A DNA stretch of 48,066 nucleotides, taken from Candidatus Ruminococcus hominiciens (GTDB lineage: Bacteria > Bacillota > Clostridia > Oscillospirales > Ruminococcaceae). Under the pieces are notes generated by a model that searched no databases, was not told the DNA's origin, and saw nothing but the letters and a program-made list of their open reading frames with translations. Positions 27,998-39,109 of this stretch are shown here, piece after piece; position 1 is the first letter of the stretch; every line of letters begins with the position of its first letter. The stretch is taken from positions 1 through 48,066 of the forward strand of contig DAPZRK010000001.1 of assembly GCA_037465725.1 (NCBI GenBank), in the 5' to 3' direction. The position numbers and the translations under genes were made by a program.

Positions 27998-29338
27998 TTA
28001 CTGTAAAAAGCCCTTATGATGACGCATCATAAGATGTGATTCAAGTGTACGTGTTGTTTCGAGCGCAACGCTTACTGCAATGAGGATAGTTGTACCGCCC
28101 ATTGAGAGCTGCTGGAGCTGAGGGTCGATCTTACCGATGATGATCGGGATAATAGCGATAATGCCGAGGAAGAACGCACCGACGAGAGTGATCTTTGAAA
28201 GAACTCTCTGGATGTAATCCGAAGTGGGCTTACCGGGTCTGATACCGGGGATACCGCCGTTTGACTGTCTAAGGTTATTAGCGATCTCGATCGGATTATA
28301 CTGGATCGATACATAAAAGTAATTGAACGCTATGATAAGCAGGAAGTAAATCGCTGCATAACCCCAGCTTCTTGTCGAGAAGAAGTTGCAGAAGCTCTGG
28401 TAGAACTTTGATGAGTTCTCAGTTACAGGCTTGAAAAGCTGTATTGTCTGCGGGAGAGACATGAAGGACATTGCGAAGATGATAGGCATAACGCCGCTCA
28501 TGCAAACCTTTATCGGGATATGCGTTTTCTGTCCGCCATACTGTTTTCTTCCGACAACGCGCTTAGCGTACTGGATCGGGATACGTCTTTCCGCCTCGTT
28601 CATAAAGACGATAAAGCCGACCTCGAATATAATAAATGCGAGATATGCGAGTGAGATGAAAACGTATTTACCATTCTGTCCCTGCTCGATACTGTCCTTT
28701 GCAAGCTTTCCGAGATACAGAGCATCTTTCGGGAATCTTGCTGCGATACCGGCAAAGAGTATGATAGAGATACCGTTTCCTATACCCTTGTCGCTGATGC
28801 GGTTGCCCATCCAGACAACAATGAGTGCACCTGCAACGAAGAGTGCGATGATTACAGCGGCGGCGAAGTACATATCCTTGCCTGCTGTATATTTGAGTGC
28901 GCGGTTTCCGTTACTGTCGGTCATGTTCTTGAGAGTCAGGAAATAAGCATACGCCATGAATACTGCAAGAACCATTGCAACTATCGCTGTGATCTTATCG
29001 ATCTTCTTTCGACCCTCTTCGCCCTCGTCCTTGAGACGTTCGAGCGCGGGGATCGCATAAGTCAGAAGCTGCAAAATAATTGAAGCGTTGATGAACGGAG
29101 TGATCGCGAGTGAGAATACAGTCGCCTGTGAAAGAGCTCCACCAGTGAGGGTATTCAGGTATTCGAGGAAGTTACCGCCAGTTGCGTTCGAGCTCATCCA
29201 TGACTTTACGACATCAGGATTGAGGAACGGAACGGTAACTGCACTGCCGAATCTGAAAAGAATGATCATGAGTAATGTGTAGAGGAGCTTCTTCCTGATC
29301 TCAGGGACGCCCCATGCCTTTTTCAGGGTCTGAAACAC
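27998..29338 (-). CDS. secY: Preprotein translocase subunit SecY
   Basis: ITPFINASII, GIGNGIS, IPGIRPG, GGTTILI; multiple TM helices. Confidence 0.99.
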   Translation of the reverse strand: MFQTLKKAWGVPEIRKKLLYTLLMIILFRFGSAVTVPFLNPDVVKSWMSSNATGGNFLEYLNTLTGGALSQATVFSLAITPFINASIILQLLTYAIPALERLKDEGEEGRKKIDKITAIVAMVLAVFMAYAYFLTLKNMTDSNGNRALKYTAGKDMYFAAAVIIALFVAGALIVVWMGNRISDKGIGNGISIILFAGIAARFPKDALYLGKLAKDSIEQGQNGKYVFISLAYLAFIIFEVGFIVFMNEAERRIPIQYAKRVVGRKQYGGQKTHIPIKVCMSGVMPIIFAMSFMSLPQTIQLFKPVTENSSKFYQSFCNFFSTRSWGYAAIYFLLIIAFNYFYVSIQYNPIEIANNLRQSNGGIPGIRPGKPTSDYIQRVLSKITLVGAFFLGIIAIIPIIIGKIDPQLQQLSMGGTTILIAVSVALETTRTLESHLMMRHHKGFLQ

Positions 29339-29340
29339 AA

Positions 29341-29781
29341 TTACATCACCTCAGCCTTCCCGCCTGCCTTTTCGATTTTCTCTACGGCACTCTGTGAGAA
29401 CTTTGCTGCCTTTACAGTAAGCTTTGCAGTAAGTTCACCGTTTCCGAGAACCTTGATGCCGTCATATTCTTTCTTTACGAGACCGGAAGCCTTGAGAAGC
29501 TCTGCGTCAACTACAGTTCCGTCTGTAAACTTGTTAAGGTCTGAAACATTAACGATCGCAAACTTGGAAGCGAAGATGTTGTTGAAACCTCTCTTAGGAA
29601 TACGTCTTGTGAGGGGCATCTGGCCGCCTTCAAATCCGATTCTTACGCCGCCGCCGCTTCTTGCGTTCTGTCCCTTGTGACCCTTACCTGCTGTCTTACC
29701 GTTACCTGATCCGTGGCCTCTGCCGATACGCTTGGAAACCTTATTGGAATCGGGTGCGGGGGTTAATTCATGAATTTTCAT
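29341..29781 (-). CDS. rplO: 50S ribosomal protein L15
   Basis: [26 protein letters not shown]. Confidence 0.99.
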   Translation of the reverse strand: MKIHELTPAPDSNKVSKRIGRGHGSGNGKTAGKGHKGQNARSGGGVRIGFEGGQMPLTRRIPKRGFNNIFASKFAIVNVSDLNKFTDGTVVDAELLKASGLVKKEYDGIKVLGNGELTAKLTVKAAKFSQSAVEKIEKAGGKAEVM

Positions 29782-29799
29782 TACTGTGCACCTCCTTGC

Positions 29800-29976
29800 T
29801 TACGCTTCAGTAACCTCGATGAGGTGTGAAATTTTATTGATCTTACCCTGAGTCTGAGCATTGTCAGGCTGAGTTGTTGTGTCGCCGACCTTCTTGAGAC
29901 CGAGTGACTGAGCAGTAGCGATCTGGTCCTTCTTTCTACCGATGAGGCTCTTTACGAGCTTGATATTCTTTGCCAT
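29800..29976 (-). CDS. rpmD: 50S ribosomal protein L30 (not in ORF track)
   Basis: Manual translation MAKNIKLVKSLIGRKKDQIATAQSLGLKK...KISHLIEVTEA, between rpsE and rplO. Confidence 0.95.
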   Translation of the reverse strand: MAKNIKLVKSLIGRKKDQIATAQSLGLKKVGDTTTQPDNAQTQGKINKISHLIEVTEA

Positions 29977-29991
29977 TTCGTTTCTGCCTCC

Positions 29992-30492
29992 TTAACCGAA
30001 AATTTCCTTAACGGACTTGCCTCTCTTTTCAGCAACTTCCTTAGCGGATGTGCATGAAGTAAGGCCGTTAATAGTAGCTCTAACTACATTGCAGGGGTTA
30101 TTTGAACGAAGAGACTTTGTTCTGATGTCCTTGATTCCTGCAACCTCGATGACTGCACGAACAGGGCCGCCAGCGATAACGCCGGTACCGGGTGCAGCGG
30201 GCTTCATAAGAACTTCGCCTGCGCCGAACTTACCAACGATCTCGTGGGGGATCGTAGTTCCCTTGAGGGGAACCTTTACAAGGTTCTTCTTAGCGTCCTC
30301 GATGCCCTTGCGGATTGCATCCGGAACTTCTCCGGACTTTCCGAGACCGAAGCCTACTGTACCATTTCCGTCGCCTACAACTACGAGTGCGGAGAACTTC
30401 ATGATACGACCGCCCTTTACGGTCTTTGATACACGGTTGATCGCAACAACCTTCTCAGCGAACTCAGGAGCCTGTGTTTCAATATTAGCCAT
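29992..30492 (-). CDS. rpsE: 30S ribosomal protein S5
   Basis: [20 protein letters not shown]. Confidence 0.99.
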   Translation of the reverse strand: MANIETQAPEFAEKVVAINRVSKTVKGGRIMKFSALVVVGDGNGTVGFGLGKSGEVPDAIRKGIEDAKKNLVKVPLKGTTIPHEIVGKFGAGEVLMKPAAPGTGVIAGGPVRAVIEVAGIKDIRTKSLRSNNPCNVVRATINGLTSCTSAKEVAEKRGKSVKEIFG

Positions 30493-30507
30493 TGTTTTAC
30501 CTCCCTC

Positions 30508-30867
30508 TTAGAACTTTAATCCGTTTTCTCTTGCACCTTCAGCAAGAGCCTGAACTCTGCCGTGGTAGAGGTAGCCGCCTCTGTCGAAAACAACCTCGCT
30601 GATTCCCTTGCCGGCAGCATTCTTTGCGATAGCCTCGCCAACCTTGCGGGCACCCTCAACGTTTGAGCCGCTGCCCTCAAAGCCCTTATCCATGCTGGAT
30701 GCGGAAGCAAGAGTAACTCCGTTTATATCGTCGATAAGCTGTGCATAGATGTGCTTTGACGAACGGAACACATTGAGACGGGGACGCTCGGGAGTTCCTG
30801 AGATCTTTGCGCGAACTCTGCGGTGTCTCTTTAATCTTGCCTTATTGCTGTCAAATTTCTTAATCAT
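30508..30867 (-). CDS. rplR: 50S ribosomal protein L18
   Basis: [21 protein letters not shown]. Confidence 0.99.
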   Translation of the reverse strand: MIKKFDSNKARLKRHRRVRAKISGTPERPRLNVFRSSKHIYAQLIDDINGVTLASASSMDKGFEGSGSNVEGARKVGEAIAKNAAGKGISEVVFDRGGYLYHGRVQALAEGARENGLKF

Positions 30868-30886
30868 AGCAATTTGCTCCTTTTAA

Positions 30887-31432
30887 TTACTTCTTGCCCT
30901 TACCGGCCTTACCTTCCTTGCGGATGATGCGCTCGCCGGCATATCTGATTCCCTTGCCCTTGTACGGCTCAGGGGGACGCTTTTCACGTACTTCAGCTGC
31001 AAACTGACCTACAGCCTGCTTGTCGATACCGCTTACTACTACCTTGTTGGGCTGAGGAACATCAAGCTTGATAGCATCTGTTTCCTCGATAACAACAGGA
31101 TGTGAGTAACCGAGGTTAAGAGTAACCTTATTGCCGCTCTTGGCTGCACGGTAGCCGACACCCTCGATCTCGAGAGTCTTTGAATATCCGTTTGTTACAC
31201 CCTCAACCATGTTTGCGATGAGAGTTCTTGTAAGACCGTGAAGTGAACGATGAGCCTTGTCATCGCTGGGTCTTGTTACATTTATAACGCCGTCAGCAAC
31301 CTCGATGCCGAGCTCGTTGCTGAACTGCTTTGTAAGCTCGCCCTTAGGTCCCTTTACAGTTACAATGTTGTTGTCGTTCTTGACCTCAACGCCTGCAGGA
31401 ACTTTGATGGGCATTCTGCCGATTCTTGACAT
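30887..31432 (-). CDS. rplF: 50S ribosomal protein L6
   Basis: MSRIGRMPI start at 31432, PEPYKGKGIRY. Confidence 0.99.
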   Translation of the reverse strand: MSRIGRMPIKVPAGVEVKNDNNIVTVKGPKGELTKQFSNELGIEVADGVINVTRPSDDKAHRSLHGLTRTLIANMVEGVTNGYSKTLEIEGVGYRAAKSGNKVTLNLGYSHPVVIEETDAIKLDVPQPNKVVVSGIDKQAVGQFAAEVREKRPPEPYKGKGIRYAGERIIRKEGKAGKGKK

Positions 31433-31445
31433 AATTGCTTCCTCC

Positions 31446-31844
31446 TTACCAGACGTATGCGAGAACCTCGCCGCCGACATTGAGCTCTCTTGCCTTCTTG
31501 TCAGTTACGATTCCCTTTGAAGTTGAAACGATTGCGATACCAAGGCCCTTACGAACCTTAGGCATATCCTCACAGCTTGAGTAGATTCTGAGACCGGGCT
31601 TAGAAACTCTTCTTAAACCTGTGATTACAGGCGCCTTGTTGTCGCCGTACTTGAGCGTGATTCTGATAACACCCTGCTTACCGTCTTCAATTACCTTGAA
31701 GTCCTTCACATAACCTTCGTCAACGAGGATCTGTGAAATAGCCTTCTTAACATTAGAAGCGGGAACGTCAACTGTGGCGTGCTTTGCAGTATTCGCATTA
31801 CGAATTCTTGTTAAAAGATCTGCTATTGTATCAGTAATTTGCAT
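31446..31844 (-). CDS. rpsH: 30S ribosomal protein S8
   Basis: [21 protein letters not shown]. Confidence 0.99.
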   Translation of the reverse strand: MQITDTIADLLTRIRNANTAKHATVDVPASNVKKAISQILVDEGYVKDFKVIEDGKQGVIRITLKYGDNKAPVITGLRRVSKPGLRIYSSCEDMPKVRKGLGIAIVSTSKGIVTDKKARELNVGGEVLAYVW

Positions 31845-31868
31845 GCCGAATGACCTCCTTTTCGTATT

Positions 31869-32054
31869 TTACCAGCTTGCCTTTTTAACACCCGGGATCT
31901 GACCGTCGTGTGCAAGCTCTCTGAAGCAGATACGGCAGATGCCGAACTTTCTGAGATATGCGTGCGGTCTGCCACAAATCTTGCATCTGTTATATGCTCT
32001 TGTGGAATACTTGGGAGTTCTCTGCTGCTTATTGATCATTGCCTTTTTAGCCAT
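31869..32054 (-). CDS. rpsN: 30S ribosomal protein S14, Zn-binding type Z
   Basis: 61 aa, RCKICGRP...CRICFRE; start MAKKAM at 32054. Confidence 0.98.
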   Translation of the reverse strand: MAKKAMINKQQRTPKYSTRAYNRCKICGRPHAYLRKFGICRICFRELAHDGQIPGVKKASW

Positions 32055-32073
32055 TTTTCTTCCTCCCTGATGA

Positions 32074-32613
32074 TTACTTGATGAACGGAGCGCCGAGGAG
32101 CGAAAGAAGCTCCTTTGCCTCTTCATCGGTATTTGCTGTTGTGATGAAGTTGATGTCCATTCCTCTTACCTTGTCGATCTTATCGTACTCGATCTCGGGG
32201 AAGATGAGCTGTTCCTTGATGCCGGTAGAGTAGTTGCCCTTACCGTCAAATGAATTGCCGTTGATTCCTCTGAAGTCACGAACACGGGGGAAAGCAACAT
32301 TGAAGAGCTTATCAACGAATTCATACATCTTCTCGCTTCTCAGTGTTACCTTAACACCGATAGGCATTCCCTCACGGAGCTTGAAGTTAGCGACTGACTT
32401 CTTAGCTCTGCAAACGATAGGCTTCTGACCTGTGATCGCTGCGAGGTCTGTCATGATAGCGTCAATAACCTTTGCGTTATCCTTAGCTTCGCCGGCGCCA
32501 ACATTGATGACAACCTTATCGAGCTTAGGGATCTGCATAACGCTCTTGTAACCGAATTTCTTCATCAGTGCGGGAGCAACGTCGCTAACATAATAATCCT
32601 TTAATCTTGCCAT
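32074..32613 (-). CDS. rplE: 50S ribosomal protein L5
   Basis: [18 protein letters not shown]. Confidence 0.99.
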   Translation of the reverse strand: MARLKDYYVSDVAPALMKKFGYKSVMQIPKLDKVVINVGAGEAKDNAKVIDAIMTDLAAITGQKPIVCRAKKSVANFKLREGMPIGVKVTLRSEKMYEFVDKLFNVAFPRVRDFRGINGNSFDGKGNYSTGIKEQLIFPEIEYDKIDKVRGMDINFITTANTDEEAKELLSLLGAPFIK

Positions 32614-32631
32614 TGTCGTTTCTCCTTTACA

Positions 32632-32973
32632 TTATTCAAAAGACTTGCCGCATTTCTTGCAAACGCGGAGCTTCTTGCCGTCTTCTACCACATGACCTAC
32701 TCTGGTGGGCTTGCCGCACTTAGGGCAAACAAGCTGTACCTTTGAAGCGTAAACGGGAGCCTCAGTCTTGATGATTCCGCCAGACTGACCCATTCTTGTG
32801 GGCTTAACGTGCTTTGTGATCATGTTGATTCCCTCAACGATGACCTTATCTTCCTTGGGGCTGACCTCTACGACCTTACCGGTCTTTCTGTCGCCCTTGC
32901 TGTCGAATTTATCTTCGTACTTTCCGGTGAGAAGAACAACAGTGTCACCGGTTTTTACGTGTACTTTACTCAT
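32632..32973 (-). CDS. rplX: 50S ribosomal protein L24
   Basis: VKTGDTV, VIVEGIN, EAPVYASKV. Confidence 0.97.
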   Translation of the reverse strand: MSKVHVKTGDTVVLLTGKYEDKFDSKGDRKTGKVVEVSPKEDKVIVEGINMITKHVKPTRMGQSGGIIKTEAPVYASKVQLVCPKCGKPTRVGHVVEDGKKLRVCKKCGKSFE

Positions 32974-32991
32974 AATCGAATGACACCTCCA

Positions 32992-33360
32992 TTAAAGAAC
33001 CTCTGGAGCAAGGCTGAGGATCTTAGTATACTCCTTTTCACGGAGCTCCTTAGCAACAGGTCCAAAGATACGTGTACCCTTGGGGTTCTTATCTTCCTTA
33101 ATAATAACGGCAGCGTTCTCGTCAAAGCGGATGTAAGTTCCGTCCTCTCTTCTGAGACCCTTTGCCGAACGAACGATAACTGCCTTAACAACGTCGCCCT
33201 TCTTTACAACGCCTCCGGGTGTTGCTTTCTTAACGGAAGCAACTACTACATCGCCGATATTTGCATATCTTCTGCGTGTACCTCCCAGAACTCTGATACA
33301 CATAAGCTCCTTTGCGCCTGTGTTATCAGCGACTTTAAGATAAGTCTGCATCTGTATCAC
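32992..33360 (-). CDS. rplN: 50S ribosomal protein L14
   Basis: [23 protein letters not shown]. Confidence 0.99.
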   Translation of the reverse strand: MIQMQTYLKVADNTGAKELMCIRVLGGTRRRYANIGDVVVASVKKATPGGVVKKGDVVKAVIVRSAKGLRREDGTYIRFDENAAVIIKEDKNPKGTRIFGPVAKELREKEYTKILSLAPEVL

Positions 33361-33399
33361 AGCGAGTTCCTCCTTTCAAGCTTTAAGCTTATATCAAAA

Positions 33400-33660
33400 T
33401 TACTTAGCCTTTTCAATGATATTTGTTACACGCCATCTCTTATCCTTGGAAAGCGGACGTGTTTCCATAACCTCAACACGATCGCCGATTCTGCACTCAT
33501 TATTTTCGTCGTGTGCCTTGAGCTTGACGGTACGCTTGATGATCTTCTTGTAAAGCGGGTGTTTAACGTTATCAACGATAGCAACTACGACGGTCTTATC
33601 CATCTTATCGCTTACAACCTTACCTACTCTTGTTTTTCTAAGGTTTCTCTCAGTAGACAT
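33400..33660 (-). CDS. rpsQ: 30S ribosomal protein S17
   Basis: [20 protein letters not shown]. Confidence 0.99.
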   Translation of the reverse strand: MSTERNLRKTRVGKVVSDKMDKTVVVAIVDNVKHPLYKKIIKRTVKLKAHDENNECRIGDRVEVMETRPLSKDKRWRVTNIIEKAK

Positions 33661-33679
33661 TAGCTAAATCCTCCCTTTC

Positions 33680-33880
33680 TTACTGCTTTGCAGCAAGCTC
33701 TGCCTCACGCAGAGTTGTCTTGATGCGTGCAATATCCTTCTTTACAGCCTTGAGACGTGCTGTATTGTCGAGCTGGTTGATAGCCAGCTGGAAACGGAGG
33801 TTAAAAAGCTCCTCCTTAAGGTTGCTGAGCTTCTCGTTGAGCTCATCAACTGACATTTCTTTGATCTCTGATGCCTTCAT
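33680..33880 (-). CDS. rpmC: 50S ribosomal protein L29
   Basis: [17 protein letters not shown]. Confidence 0.98.
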   Translation of the reverse strand: MKASEIKEMSVDELNEKLSNLKEELFNLRFQLAINQLDNTARLKAVKKDIARIKTTLREAELAAKQ

Positions 33881-34305
33881 TACTGCTCAACCTCCTGCTC
33901 TGCCTTAGTTACGAATTTACACTTGATAGGAAGCTTGTGCATAGCAAGACGCATAGCTTCTCTTGCAGTCTCCTCCGGAACGCCCTTGATCTCGAAGAGC
34001 ACTCTGCCGGGCTTAACAACTGCTACCCAGTACTCAGGTGAACCCTTACCGGAACCCATTCGTGTTTCAGCAGGCTTCTCTGTGATAGGCTTGTCGGGGA
34101 AGATCTTGATCCAAACCTGACCGCCTCTCTTGATATAACGTGTCATAGCGATACGGGCAGACTCGATCTGGTTGGAGGTGATCCAAGCCGGCTCAAGAGC
34201 CTGAAGACCGTAATCTCCGTAAGTTACCTTATTGCCTCTGTATGCCTTACCCTTAAGACGTCCTCTGTGGACTCTGCGGTACTTAACTCTTTTTGGAAGC
34301 AGCAT
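33880..34305 (-). CDS. rplP: 50S ribosomal protein L16
   Basis: [17 protein letters not shown]. Confidence 0.99.
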   Translation of the reverse strand: MLLPKRVKYRRVHRGRLKGKAYRGNKVTYGDYGLQALEPAWITSNQIESARIAMTRYIKRGGQVWIKIFPDKPITEKPAETRMGSGKGSPEYWVAVVKPGRVLFEIKGVPEETAREAMRLAMHKLPIKCKFVTKAEQEVEQ

Positions 34306-35090
34306 TATCGGTTACCTCCTTCTCTTTTTGCGTCACGATTGAAGTTTCTGTTTCCGCCTCTTCTGTTGCCATCGCGTCTGTCGTCGCGGCGGCGGCGGTC
34401 ATTGCTTCTGTCGTTCTTTTTCTCAAGCTTTTCTCTGTGAGCAGCAGCCTTAGCAGCATCGCCCTTGAGAACTTCGCCCTTGTAGATCCAAACCTTTACG
34501 CCGATCTTTCCGTATGTTGTATCAGCCTCAGCAAAGCCGTAGTCGATATCAGCACGGATAGTCTGGAGCGGGATCGTACCTTCGTGATAGCTTTCGCTTC
34601 TTGCGATCTCGGCACCGGCAAGTCTGCCTGATAACTTGACCTTGATACCCTTTGCACCGAGGCGCATTGTTCTTCCGATAGACTGCTTCATAGCGCGTCT
34701 GAAAGATACTCTGTTCTCAAGGTCGAGAGCAATCTTTTCTGCAACGAGCTGTGAGTCCATATCGGGCTGCTTGACCTCAATAATGTTGATGAAGACCTGC
34801 TTCTTCATCATCTTCTCAAGCTGAGCTCTCAGCTTTTCGATCTCTGCACCGCCGCGGCCGATTACGATACCGGGCTTAGCGCAATGAATGTGGATTCTAA
34901 CCTTATCGGCAAAACGCTCGATCTCAATTCTCGGAACACCTGCTGCATACAAGCTCTTCTTAATGAAATTACGAACGTTGTAGTCCTCAACGAGAGTGTC
35001 GCCGAAATCCGCCTTATTGGCATACCAGCGTGAATCCCAATCTTTGATTACACCAACACGAAGACCGTGCGGATTAACTTTCTGTCCCAT
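34305..35090 (-). CDS. rpsC: 30S ribosomal protein S3
   Basis: [21 protein letters not shown]. Confidence 0.99.
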   Translation of the reverse strand: MGQKVNPHGLRVGVIKDWDSRWYANKADFGDTLVEDYNVRNFIKKSLYAAGVPRIEIERFADKVRIHIHCAKPGIVIGRGGAEIEKLRAQLEKMMKKQVFINIIEVKQPDMDSQLVAEKIALDLENRVSFRRAMKQSIGRTMRLGAKGIKVKLSGRLAGAEIARSESYHEGTIPLQTIRADIDYGFAEADTTYGKIGVKVWIYKGEVLKGDAAKAAAHREKLEKKNDRSNDRRRRDDRRDGNRRGGNRNFNRDAKREGGNR

Positions 35091-35109
35091 TAATCAGACC
35101 TCCTTGGGA

Positions 35110-35445
35110 TTATTCTTTTTCTTTAAGAACAACTGTGATGTGTGATGTTCTCTTTAATATTCTATAAGCTCTGCCCTGTGCTCTCGGCATAATTCTCTTC
35201 ATGATAGGACCGGGTGTAACGAAGCATTCTGCAACGTACAGATCGTCCTTGTTCATGCTGAAATTATTCTCTGCGTTTGCAGCAGCAGATTTTACAAGCT
35301 TAGCAACGATAGGGCTTGCTGCCTTAGGAGTAAGGTCGAGAGTAGCCAAAGCGATGTCAACCGGCTTGTTTCTGATGAGATCGAGAACGATCTGCACCTT
35401 TCTGGGTGATATGCGAGCGTTTCTTAAATAAGCTCTTGCTTCCAT
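35110..35445 (-). CDS. rplV: 50S ribosomal protein L22
   Basis: RISPRK, PRAQGRA, TSHITV. Confidence 0.99.
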   Translation of the reverse strand: MEARAYLRNARISPRKVQIVLDLIRNKPVDIALATLDLTPKAASPIVAKLVKSAAANAENNFSMNKDDLYVAECFVTPGPIMKRIMPRAQGRAYRILKRTSHITVVLKEKE

Positions 35446-35463
35446 TTCAGCTCCTCCTTTCGA

Positions 35464-35748
35464 TTACTTCTTACCGTTGTTTGATGTCTTGGATCCTGCA
35501 TGACCCTTGTAAGTTCTTGTCGGTGCGAATTCACCGAGCTTGTGACCTACCATATCCTCTGTTACATAAACCGGAACGTGCTTACGTCCGTCATGAACAG
35601 CAAAAGTATGACCAACGAAATCAGGAAAAATTGTTGAAGAACGGCTCCATGTCTTGAGAACCTTCTTCTCTCCTGCCTCATTCATAGCCACAACTCTCTT
35701 AAGAAGAACCTCCTGGACATAAGGTCCCTTTTTAATGCTTCTACTCAT
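35464..35748 (-). CDS. rpsS: 30S ribosomal protein S19
   Basis: [18 protein letters not shown]. Confidence 0.99.
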   Translation of the reverse strand: MSRSIKKGPYVQEVLLKRVVAMNEAGEKKVLKTWSRSSTIFPDFVGHTFAVHDGRKHVPVYVTEDMVGHKLGEFAPTRTYKGHAGSKTSNNGKK

Positions 35749-35769
35749 TAATCAGTTCCTCCTTTCAGA

Positions 35770-36603
35770 TTACTTGCCGTTGCGGCGCTTTACGATGAAC
35801 TTGTCAGTTCTGTGATGCTTCTTACGAGTCTTATAACCGAGTGCAGGCTTGCCCCAAGGTGTTACAGGGCCGGGACGGCCGATAGGCGACTTACCTTCAC
35901 CACCACCGTGCGGGTGATCGCAGGGGTTCATTACGGAACCTCTTACTGTAGGTCTCCAACCCATGTTGCGAACTCTGCCGGCTTTACCGTAGTTAACGTT
36001 CTCGTGATCGATGTTTGATACCTGACCGATAGCAGCCTTAGCGTTTATCGGAACCTTTCTCATCTCGCCGGAAGGAAGTCTTACGAGAGCGTATGTCTCT
36101 TCCTTGCCCATGAGCTGAGCCTGGTTTCCTGCGCTTCTTACGAGCTGAGCGCCCTTGCCGGGATAAAGCTCGATAGCGTGGATGAATGTACCAACGGGGA
36201 TGTCCTTGAGCTTGAGTGCGTTGCCGGGCTTGATATCAGCCTCAGAACCTGACTCGATCTTGTCTCCTACTTTAAGTCCGTTAGGAGCAAGGATATATCT
36301 CTTTTCGCCGTCCTCGTACTGAACGAGAGCGATGAATGCGCTTCTGTTAGGATCGTACTCAAGAGTGAGAACTGTAGCGATAACGCCGTCCTTATCTCTC
36401 TTGAAGTCGATAACGCGGTACTTTCTTCTGTTGCCGCCGCCTCTGTGGCGAACTGTAATTCTGCCGTAGCTGTTTCTTCCCGAGTTTTTCTTCAGGGGTT
36501 CGAGAAGGCTCTTCTCCGGCTCAACCTTTGACAGAACCGAGTAATCAGTAACAGTCATCTGACGTCTCGAAGGTGTCGTAGGCTTATAGCTTTTAATAGC
36601 CAT
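35770..36603 (-). CDS. rplB: 50S ribosomal protein L2
   Basis: [21 protein letters not shown]. Confidence 0.99.
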   Translation of the reverse strand: MAIKSYKPTTPSRRQMTVTDYSVLSKVEPEKSLLEPLKKNSGRNSYGRITVRHRGGGNRRKYRVIDFKRDKDGVIATVLTLEYDPNRSAFIALVQYEDGEKRYILAPNGLKVGDKIESGSEADIKPGNALKLKDIPVGTFIHAIELYPGKGAQLVRSAGNQAQLMGKEETYALVRLPSGEMRKVPINAKAAIGQVSNIDHENVNYGKAGRVRNMGWRPTVRGSVMNPCDHPHGGGEGKSPIGRPGPVTPWGKPALGYKTRKKHHRTDKFIVKRRNGK

Positions 36604-36671
36604 TTATTTCACTCCTTAAATGCGTTTTTTTGCGGGAGCATTACTCCCATACTTTCCGGAGATCATCCGGA

Positions 36672-36965
36672 TCAAACCATACCCTCGAAGAATTCGATTG
36701 TCTTTGAATCCTCAGTAAGAGTAACAACAGCCTTTTTCCAGTCAGAAGTTCTGCCTTCAAATCTGCCGACTCTCTTAGCCTTGCCGTTTACATTGAGAGT
36801 ATTTACCTTAGCGACCTCAACACCGAAGAGAGCTTCTACAGCCTTCTTGATCTCGATCTTGTTTGCATTTTTAGCAACCTTAAAGGTGTACTTGCCGTTC
36901 TGGAGCTCATCCATGCTCTTTTCAGTGATAACGGGCTTTATGATGATATCCTGCGGTGCTTTCAT
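36672..36965 (-). CDS. rplW: 50S ribosomal protein L23
   Basis: [15 protein letters not shown]. Confidence 0.99.
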   Translation of the reverse strand: MKAPQDIIIKPVITEKSMDELQNGKYTFKVAKNANKIEIKKAVEALFGVEVAKVNTLNVNGKAKRVGRFEGRTSDWKKAVVTLTEDSKTIEFFEGMV

Positions 36966-37588
36966 TATGCGTACACCTCCTCGATCTTTCCAACGGCATT
37001 CTTAACAACAATGAACTTGTCATAGTTGAGAATGTCGTAAACATTAAGAGTGTTTACTGCTGCTGTCTTAACGCCGGGGATGTTAGCTGCGCTCTTTACA
37101 ACCTTTGCGTCTGCCTCTGCTGTAACGATGAGAGCCTTACCCTGAACGCCGAGAGCCTTGAGCATATCAGCAATGGGCTTTGTCTTGTAGCTGTCAAGTG
37201 TGAGAGCATCAAGAACTATGATGTTGTTGTCGATGACCTTAGAAGAAAGAGCCGACTTCATTGCAAGTCTGCGAACCTTCTTGTTAAGTGTGTATCTGTA
37301 GTCTCTGGGCTTCGGTCCGAGAGCGATACCGCCGTGTACCCACTGAGGAGCACGGGTTGAACCCTGTCTTGCGTGACCTGTACCCTTCTGTCTCCAGGGC
37401 TTTCTTCCGCCGCCGCTTACTTCTGTTCTTGTAAGAGTTGACTGTGTACCCTGTCTCTGATTTGCGAGGTAGTTTACTACCATAGCGTGCATAACAGCTT
37501 CGTTGGGAGTAATTCCGAAGATCTCGTCATTAAGCTCTGTCTCGGAAACCTGCTTGCCTGTGATATCATAAACTGAAACTTTAGCCAT
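36965..37588 (-). CDS. rplD: 50S ribosomal protein L4
   Basis: [14 protein letters not shown]. Confidence 0.99.
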   Translation of the reverse strand: MAKVSVYDITGKQVSETELNDEIFGITPNEAVMHAMVVNYLANQRQGTQSTLTRTEVSGGGRKPWRQKGTGHARQGSTRAPQWVHGGIALGPKPRDYRYTLNKKVRRLAMKSALSSKVIDNNIIVLDALTLDSYKTKPIADMLKALGVQGKALIVTAEADAKVVKSAANIPGVKTAAVNTLNVYDILNYDKFIVVKNAVGKIEEVYA

Positions 37589-37605
37589 TAGTGTTTCCTC
37601 CTTCC

Positions 37606-38238
37606 TTAAGCCTTGACGCTGTCAACGATATAAACGATGCCGCCCTTAGGACCAGGAACTGCGCCCTTGATAGCGATGAGATTATTCTCTGCGTCTATTT
37701 TAACGATTTCGAGGTTCTGAACAGTTACCTGTTCTGCACCCATGTGACCCGGCATACCCTTACCCTTGTAGATTCTTGAAGGTGAAGAGCAAGCGCCCAT
37801 TGATCCAGCCTGTCTGTGTACAGGGCCTGTACCGTGGGTTTCCTTGAGTCTGTGCTGATTGTGACGCTTGATAGCGCCTGCAAAGCCCTTACCCTTGCTT
37901 ACGCCGACAACGTCGATAGCGTCGCCAACAGCAAATGTATCAGCCTTTACAATGTCGCCTACGTTAAGTGCATCACAGTCGTCAAGTCTGAATTCCTTGA
38001 GTGTTTTCTTGCAAGCAACGTCAGCCTTGTCAAAGTGACCCTTGAGGGGCTTGTTCATTCTCTGAACCTTAACGTCGCCATATCCGAGCTGAAGTGCTGC
38101 ATATCCGTCATTCTCGATAGTTTTCTTCTGAACAACAACGCAGGGACCTGCTTCAACTACAGTAACAGGAACAACTTTTCCTGCTTCATCGAAGATCTGA
38201 GTCATACCGATCTTCTTGCCGATAATACCTTTCTGCAT
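37606..38238 (-). CDS. rplC: 50S ribosomal protein L3
   Basis: [25 protein letters not shown] before ATG at 38238. Confidence 0.99.
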   Translation of the reverse strand: MQKGIIGKKIGMTQIFDEAGKVVPVTVVEAGPCVVVQKKTIENDGYAALQLGYGDVKVQRMNKPLKGHFDKADVACKKTLKEFRLDDCDALNVGDIVKADTFAVGDAIDVVGVSKGKGFAGAIKRHNQHRLKETHGTGPVHRQAGSMGACSSPSRIYKGKGMPGHMGAEQVTVQNLEIVKIDAENNLIAIKGAVPGPKGGIVYIVDSVKA

Positions 38239-38346
38239 ATCGATTTCCTCCTGTAAGGTTATTGGTTGATGAAACTTCATCAACTTGACCGGCGGACTAC
38301 CGCCATTCCGCTTCCCGAGCGGTGATCTCAAGCGAGAGTGGAGTGA

Positions 38347-38661
38347 TTACTTGACCTCCATAACAACGTCTACGCCTGCGGGGATCTCAAGCTTGTCAAG
38401 AGCTGCAGTAGTCTTTTCTGTAGGACGGATAACGTCTACGAGTCTCTTGTGAGTTCTCATCTCGAACTGCTCGCGGCTATCCTTGTACTTGTGAACAGCA
38501 CGGAGAATAGTAACGATCTCCTTATCTGTGGGGAGCGGGATAGGTCCAGAAACTCTGGCGCCGCTTCTCTTAGCTGCTTCAACGATCTTAGCTGCTGCAA
38601 TATCAACAGTAGCGTGATCGTAACCCTTGATCTTGAATCTGATCTTTTCGTTGACTGCCAT
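38347..38661 (-). CDS. rpsJ: 30S ribosomal protein S10
   Basis: [28 protein letters not shown] before ATG at 38661. Confidence 0.99.
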   Translation of the reverse strand: MAVNEKIRFKIKGYDHATVDIAAAKIVEAAKRSGARVSGPIPLPTDKEIVTILRAVHKYKDSREQFEMRTHKRLVDVIRPTEKTTAALDKLEIPAGVDVVMEVK

Positions 38662-38975
38662 TGATTTCGCCTCCTTGAAAAATTTTGGGGACGCTTTTTG
38701 GGATATCCACGTTTCCGTGTGTTTCATGCCGTATCTTATAAAAAAACTCGAAAAACCATAGTTTTCGAGCCGTTATGAGCATATCAAGACACAAAGACAG
38801 TTTAAGAGTGCATACGCAAGCTGCACTTTCAAGTCCACAAACTGTGTCCATTATCCCATTCGCCCGGTTTAAAATCGGACATACTCCGCGGAAATTACCT
38901 GTCAAACCGACAGCAACCTTCCGTTTCATCGCATATCGTAATTGCAGTTGGCACCGTTTTGAGTGCCCTCAACAG
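38662..38975 (-). ncRNA. Long structured S10-operon 5' leader (putative r-protein autoregulatory leader/attenuator)
   Basis: About 310 nt between promoter and rpsJ; GCGATGAA..GAAGGTTGC...CCGCGGAGTATGTCCG...GGGCGAA segment resembling Firmicute rpsJ leaders (from memory), further hairpins and an internal terminator. Confidence 0.6.
38740..38769 (-). terminator. Intrinsic terminator inside the S10 leader
   Basis: Minus strand CTCGAAAAC-TATG-GTTTTTCGAG followed by T7. Confidence 0.6.
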
Positions 38976-38980
38976 ATACT

Positions 38981-39009
38981 ATTATAGCATACATTCTATA
39001 TATATGCAA
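38981..39009 (-). promoter_or_regulatory. S10 operon sigma-A promoter
   Basis: Minus strand TTGCAT-17bp-TATAAT with extended TG. Confidence 0.75.
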
Positions 39010-39109
39010 GCATTTTGGAAAATTACGTTTGTAGAACTTTGCTTAACTTATTGTTCTATTTTTATATACTTTCACCATGAATCGACCGGATCTTCTCCGT
39101 CTCAAAGCG

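Noticed and set aside
32809..33663. 284-aa plus-strand ORF and similar antisense ORFs over r-protein and groEL genes
   Set aside because: Shadow frames of highly biased coding sequence; no RBS or motifs
34305..34460. Arg/Asp-rich C-terminal tail of S3 as a novelty
   Set aside because: Low-complexity charged S3 tails are common in bacteria
38603..38929. 108-aa ORF in the S10 leader as a leader peptide
   Set aside because: No evident RBS, crosses the terminator and overlaps rpsJ out of frame; better explained as structured RNA
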